In this document: positions 44,851 to 49,179 of the stretch, in pieces | Position numbering within the stretch: the stretch's first letter is position 1 | Layout: every line of letters begins with the position of its first letter | Source: Candidatus Thorarchaeota archaeon | GTDB taxonomy: Archaea > Asgardarchaeota > Thorarchaeia > Thorarchaeales > Thorarchaeaceae | Direction: 5' to 3' | Length of the DNA: 49,179 nucleotides | NCBI GenBank assembly: GCA_046758445.1 | Contig: JBHIAE010000022.1 | Coordinates: 1-49,179 of the forward strand | Notes under the pieces: model-generated | What the model saw: only the letters and a program-made list of their open reading frames with translations | Database searches by the model: none | What the model was told of the DNA's origin: nothing | Program-made: the position numbers and the translations under genes

Positions 44851-45747
44851 GTGAAAGCTTTGTTGACCAGTTACATAGAAACACAAGACTTGGTGAAGGT
44901 GTACCAGCTAGGCGATGTTGAGGTGCAGGCCCTAAGAGGTCTATCTATGAGGGTAGACAAGGGTGAGATCATCTCAATCGTTGGGCCGAGCGGGTCGGGC
45001 AAGACAACTCTGTTGAATATCATTGGTGGTTTGACCTACGCAACTGCCGGAAAGAGTTGGGTGGCAGGAGAGGACATCTCCTCTTCATCTCCAGCACAGT
45101 TGGGTGCTTTGAGACAGAAGGTTGTAGGTCACATCTTCCAAACTCTGAATCTCATCCCCACACTGACTGCTTATGAGAACGTTGAGCTTCCGATGCTCGC
45201 GATTAATACTCCCAAGGACGAGCGGAAGAAACGAGTCACTGAGCTACTAGATCAGGTGGGACTGGGTCTAAGGATGAATCACAAGCCCGACGAGCTCTCG
45301 GGAGGAGAGAAGCAGCGGGTTGCCATTGCTGCGGCTCTCGCCAACGATCCACCCATCCTTATCTGCGACGAGCCAACCGGGGACCTTGACACCGACACAG
45401 GAGCTAAGATCGTGGAGTTTCTCATAGGTGTAAACAAGCACATGGGGAAGACGGTTCTGATTGTCACACACGACCCGGCAATTGCTCGGCAGACTGACAG
45501 GATCTATAGAATCATGGATGGTAGAATCATATCTGTGCAGACACCGAGCGAATCTGAAGAGTCCGATGCTGCAATGAGGATACAGATGTATAGGGATCGC
45601 CTTGCAGAAACTGATGAGGAGCTTGAGGTCCTTCTAAAGGCGTATAATGAGCAGAGAATCACTCCCGGAACATTCGCAGAACGTTGGCACAATGTCACAC
45701 AAACGAAACACTTCCTGGAGGAAGAGCTTCATCGGATGGGCGTCTAG
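44851..45747 (+). CDS. ABC transporter ATP-binding protein (LolD/MacB/FtsE-like) with C-terminal helical extension
   Basis: Walker A GPSGSGKT, LSGGEKQR, ICDEPTGDLD, VTHD; ~65 extra C-terminal residues. Confidence 0.93.
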   Translation: MKALLTSYIETQDLVKVYQLGDVEVQALRGLSMRVDKGEIISIVGPSGSGKTTLLNIIGGLTYATAGKSWVAGEDISSSSPAQLGALRQKVVGHIFQTLNLIPTLTAYENVELPMLAINTPKDERKKRVTELLDQVGLGLRMNHKPDELSGGEKQRVAIAAALANDPPILICDEPTGDLDTDTGAKIVEFLIGVNKHMGKTVLIVTHDPAIARQTDRIYRIMDGRIISVQTPSESEESDAAMRIQMYRDRLAETDEELEVLLKAYNEQRITPGTFAERWHNVTQTKHFLEEELHRMGV

Positions 45748-45805
45748 CGATTTGAGGTGAACGTTGCATCTTAATAGGACGACTCTATCTGAGCACAAGT
45801 CGAAG

Positions 45806-46678
45806 ATGTCAGGATCGGCGATTGTTGTCCATGGGGGTGCCACCCGCTTTGACAAGAAGCACCACAAAGACATTCTGAAGGCCGTCGAGGGCGCAGCCGT
45901 CGCCGGTAAGGGCATCCTAAACAAAGGTGGCTCGGCAATTGATGCCGCAGAGGCAGCCATATGGGAACTTGAAGAGACTGAACTCTTTACTGCGGGTAGA
46001 GGAGCTAGTCCCAATCGTGATGGGGAGATAGAAGTCGATGCTCTGATTATGGATGGCAACAGACTTCAAAGCGGCGCCGTGATGGCAGTGCATGACATAG
46101 TTCACCCAATCTCGCTAGCGCGGTATGTACTAGAACGGACGTCAAACTCGCAGGTTGTTGGCACTGGGGCAAACAAACTCTATGAACAGATGATATCTGA
46201 AGGATATCGTGAAGAAGTCGCGCCAAGGAGTACTGCTGGAGGACCTATGACTGAGAGATATGATACCGTTGGCTGTGTGGTTGTTGACTCAAATGGGCGA
46301 ATTGCCGCGGCATCCTCGACAAGTGGGTGGCCCGGGAAGCTTCCCGGACGTGTAGGGGATTCACCGATCATCGGGGCTGGTGCCTATGCGAATGAGGAGG
46401 CTGCAGCTAGTTGTACAGGAAAGGGTGAACAGATACTCAGGATTGTGATGGCGCGCATGGCGGTTCTGTTCGTCGAAGAGGGAAACAGTGTCCAAGACGC
46501 ATGTTCAAGATCTATGAGGCTCCTTCGCGAGAGGACCAGTGGAGAGGCCGGTCTCATAATGGTGGATAACAAGGGCAATGTGGGAATGGGCTTTGACACA
46601 CCGCATATGCCAGTTGCAGTGGCCTTTGAAGATTCTGAACAGATGTACGCGTCAATGACACCAAAGTGGCCGCCCTAG
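45806..46678 (+). CDS. iaaA: Isoaspartyl peptidase / L-asparaginase (Ntn hydrolase, asparaginase 2 family)
   Basis: VVHGGA, DTVG (nucleophile Thr), STSG, GRVGDSP, TGKGE; ATG 45806 preferred over TTG 45764. Confidence 0.88.
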   Translation: MSGSAIVVHGGATRFDKKHHKDILKAVEGAAVAGKGILNKGGSAIDAAEAAIWELEETELFTAGRGASPNRDGEIEVDALIMDGNRLQSGAVMAVHDIVHPISLARYVLERTSNSQVVGTGANKLYEQMISEGYREEVAPRSTAGGPMTERYDTVGCVVVDSNGRIAAASSTSGWPGKLPGRVGDSPIIGAGAYANEEAAASCTGKGEQILRIVMARMAVLFVEEGNSVQDACSRSMRLLRERTSGEAGLIMVDNKGNVGMGFDTPHMPVAVAFEDSEQMYASMTPKWPP

Positions 46679-46703
46679 TTTCCGATACGTCCTATCCCTG
46701 CAG

Positions 46704-47114
46704 CTAGCGTCCAGCAATCAGGCCATCTCTGTAGAGTAGGACAAGCGTAGCCAACGCAAGGATGAAATCGAACGCCGTGGACACGATGAGTAGCGTCGCC
46801 ATCGATGGGGTGTCTATGACTTGCAGACCGGTCAGCACCGGTAGAAAGAAACGAACTAGACAAGCGGCGACCGGGACTGCAACGTATCTCTGTGGATTCT
46901 GAGCTGCGACGATCTGCAGACTGCCGAGTGCCATTGCCAATACACCCATCGTTCTCCAGTAAAGTGGATAGCTGGGAATAGTCGTCATTCCAGTTGCCAG
47001 GCTGACAATCAGATCTCCCCAAGCAAGAACCGCGAATCCCATCACAAGTTCAAAAATGCCTCCTATGAGGATGACACCTATGAGTGTCCGGGATGGTATA
47101 ACATCACTCCCCAT
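46704..47114 (-). CDS. Hypothetical membrane protein (4 TM)
   Basis: Four hydrophobic segments in 136 aa with an ATG start. Confidence 0.7.
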   Translation of the reverse strand: MGSDVIPSRTLIGVILIGGIFELVMGFAVLAWGDLIVSLATGMTTIPSYPLYWRTMGVLAMALGSLQIVAAQNPQRYVAVPVAACLVRFFLPVLTGLQVIDTPSMATLLIVSTAFDFILALATLVLLYRDGLIAGR

Positions 47115-47248
47115 TTTCTGTCACCATTGTAGAATTGAAACGGTGACAGTTGCATGTGGCTGTGGGATAAGAGTTCCTATCCCTTACTCAGATATCTAGG
47201 CCCGGAGCTAATGGCTGATGATCTGCTGACTTTATCATACCCTCTGCT

Positions 47249-47995
47249 TCACAAGACAGCCTTGATCTCGCCTCGTACACCTAGGATGTAGGTTCGCAAC
47301 GGAATGTCCTTTCCAGAGAGTTGGATGGCTTCCTGAGTCACTCTCGCAAGCCCGTGGCAGCACGGGACTTCCATATGGACCACCGTAACGTCCCTGACAC
47401 TGTTCATCCTTAGTATTGTCGTAAGCTTCTCGAGATTTGCCTGGTAGTCCTCAAACTTTGGACATACCATAACTGCAGCCTTGTCCTTGATGAAGTCTTC
47501 ATGAAGACCAGCATAAGCGGGTCCTGCGCAGTCTGCAACAACCAGCAGATGTGAGTCGGCGAAGATTGGGTGTTGAGGACTGAGAAGTCTCAGCTTGACG
47601 GGCCAGTGATTCAGTCTGGACGGAGCAACCTTCTCTGGAACAGCCCCGTCATGTTCAACCTCTGTGTGGCCTGCAGAATATGTGAAGGCCTCTGATCCTG
47701 CACAACCGCTGGATGCACTTCCACTTGTAGCATCAACCGTCTGCGTCTGCATCTGGGCAACATGCGCCATGGCTGCTTCCTCGTCAAACTCGACCGTTTC
47801 TACTTCTCTGAGCGTGAGAGCATCTTCAGGACAGTGTCCAAGACAGGCACCAAGTCCATCACAGAAGGTCTCAGAAACCAGTTTCGCTTTCCCATCAACG
47901 ATTTGCAGAGCACCCTCAGCGCAGCTGGGGACGCACAGTCCACAACCTGTGCACTTGTCTTCGTCAATCATGATCATTAATCGTCTTACCATCAT
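47249..47995 (-). CDS. 4Fe-4S ferredoxin-domain protein with Cys-rich C-terminal domain
   Basis: CTGCGLCVPSCAEGA and CDGLGACLGHCP, followed by WPVKL, ADC, CPK and MEVPCC motifs of a conserved anaerobe Fe-S protein family. Confidence 0.85.
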   Translation of the reverse strand: MMVRRLMIMIDEDKCTGCGLCVPSCAEGALQIVDGKAKLVSETFCDGLGACLGHCPEDALTLREVETVEFDEEAAMAHVAQMQTQTVDATSGSASSGCAGSEAFTYSAGHTEVEHDGAVPEKVAPSRLNHWPVKLRLLSPQHPIFADSHLLVVADCAGPAYAGLHEDFIKDKAAVMVCPKFEDYQANLEKLTTILRMNSVRDVTVVHMEVPCCHGLARVTQEAIQLSGKDIPLRTYILGVRGEIKAVL

Positions 47996-48016
47996 TGGTC
48001 ACACTTTCATAATACA

Positions 48017-48045
48017 CGAAACTGTTATAAAGATAGTAGTTACTA
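48017..48045. promoter_or_regulatory. Promoter and candidate operator of the HxlR/ferredoxin divergon
   Basis: CGAAA (48017-48021), TTATAAA (48025-48031) and inverted repeat TAGTA-GT-TACTA (48034-48045) in the 58-bp divergent gap. Confidence 0.45.
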
Positions 48046-48053
48046 AATAGATA

Positions 48054-48470
48054 GTGCCCAATATGCAGATACCTAAGCGTTCCAAGCAAGATGTTGAGAA
48101 CTGTCCAGTATTCATCGCATCTAACATTCTGGGAAAGCGCTGGACTCTTCTAATACTCCAGACGCTTATGACTCATGAGGCGGCGGAGGGGCTGAGATTT
48201 GGCCAGATTCAGAGTCATCTTGACTGGGTGAGCCCAAAGGTACTGACACAGCGACTGAGAGAACTGGAACATGAAATGATCATTACTAGGGAAGTCGATG
48301 CATCATCAATTCCCGCAAAGGTTTCTTATTCTCTCACAAACAAAGGCCAAGACCTGCGTGGGATTATCCAACTCATGCAAAATTGGGGCAGGAAGTACGG
48401 GGGCGATGCGACGGCCGGTTGCTTGGGAGAGGATCTTGAGCACTGCCAATCTTGTCCGGAAGACGCCTAG
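48054..48470 (+). CDS. HxlR-family winged helix transcriptional regulator
   Basis: CPV...ILGKRWTLLIL, LRFGQI, SPKVLTQRLRELE, VSYSLTNKG; C-terminal C-x7-CxxC. Confidence 0.9.
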   Translation: MPNMQIPKRSKQDVENCPVFIASNILGKRWTLLILQTLMTHEAAEGLRFGQIQSHLDWVSPKVLTQRLRELEHEMIITREVDASSIPAKVSYSLTNKGQDLRGIIQLMQNWGRKYGGDATAGCLGEDLEHCQSCPEDA

Positions 48471-48952
48471 TTGTCAGAATCTTCCTTCCTGTTCAGGATG
48501 AGCCAAACAAGTTCTTCTTCAATACTACGTGTGTTTCGAGGCTTGGTCTTGATGCGCCCAACCTCTTCTCCAGACGCCTTGAACACAATAACAGTTGGGC
48601 TGCTTCTGATATCACACGTTTCAACTTCAATTGGGCTTGGAGGGACTGCCCAATTGACATCAGATCCGTAAGGCGCCCTTGTCATTCCTCCTAGCGCCCT
48701 AATCTTGATATCGAGCTCCTGCTCAAGAAGTGAAAGCACCGGGATTGCCCTTCTGGAATCACCACACCAGTCTGCAAAAAGGGCCACCACTTGATAGTCG
48801 CCAACAAGCTCCCTCAATTGGTCAACGGCCACTTTGTTCAACTTGTAGTGATCTCTCTGTCTGATGAATCCGCCCCTGTACGTAGGTGTCATGTTGTCAA
48901 TGTACTCTGTGCAGCTTGGTGCATCATCGGTGATTTCACTTAGTAAGGCCAT
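48467..48952 (-). CDS. Thioredoxin-like protein (WCGDS, CxxS type)
   Basis: FADWCGDSRRAIP, cis-Pro SSPTVIV, GEEVGRI; ATG 48952 preferred (ORF track starts at 48961). Confidence 0.82.
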   Translation of the reverse strand: MALLSEITDDAPSCTEYIDNMTPTYRGGFIRQRDHYKLNKVAVDQLRELVGDYQVVALFADWCGDSRRAIPVLSLLEQELDIKIRALGGMTRAPYGSDVNWAVPPSPIEVETCDIRSSPTVIVFKASGEEVGRIKTKPRNTRSIEEELVWLILNRKEDSDN

Positions 48953-49179
48953 ATGTCTCACATACCATGTTTGATGTCAATATTGCACGATTGTTTACTG
49001 CTCCCGCTTGTTGGCGCACCTATGATATTTCCGGTGTCACCACCGATTACATGTGCCCCCAGTCAAGTCGCACAATCCATGCTTAACAATAGTGAAGAAT
49101 TTGACCTTATAACTTTTTTCGCAAGGGCGGCTCTGTTGCAAAACTGATGTAACACTCGGACAGAAAGAGTGGGAGGGGT

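Noticed and set aside
1-49179. CRISPR arrays, IS elements, rRNA/tRNA genes, selenoprotein read-through
   Set aside because: No regularly spaced direct repeats, transposase motifs, recognisable stable RNA genes or in-frame TGA at catalytic Cys positions were seen by eye.

Overview
Archaeal DNA, most consistent with an Asgard archaeon (Thorarchaeia-like). This is inferred from the archaeal-type TyrRS, a eukaryote-like PPP phosphatase, a Rab-like domain and BRE/TATA-type promoters, not from a marker-gene tree. The first 30 kb encode four paralogous giant (~2,570-2,590 aa) single-pass surface proteins, rich in N-glycosylation sequons, arranged as two translationally coupled A-B pairs (A1-B1, A2-B2; A1 is cut by the window edge). 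The three complete genes show a signal peptide and a variable jelly-roll-like head. All four show 17 collinear Ig-like repeats, one TM helix and a highly conserved ~190-aa cytoplasmic tail, suggesting an undescribed heterodimeric receptor/adhesin system. The rest of the window holds tyrS; a lipid-linked pentose/glycosylation-type operon (DUF362, UbiA phosphoribosyltransferase, PHP, flippase-like); a Rab-like pseudo-GTPase/SLOG/PPP-phosphatase operon; a cupin; a large PIN protein; a frameshifted TPR gene; a candidate structured ncRNA; an FtsX/MacB-type ABC transporter; an isoaspartyl peptidase; a ferredoxin/HxlR divergon and a thioredoxin-like protein. No rRNA, tRNA, CRISPR array or mobile element was recognised.
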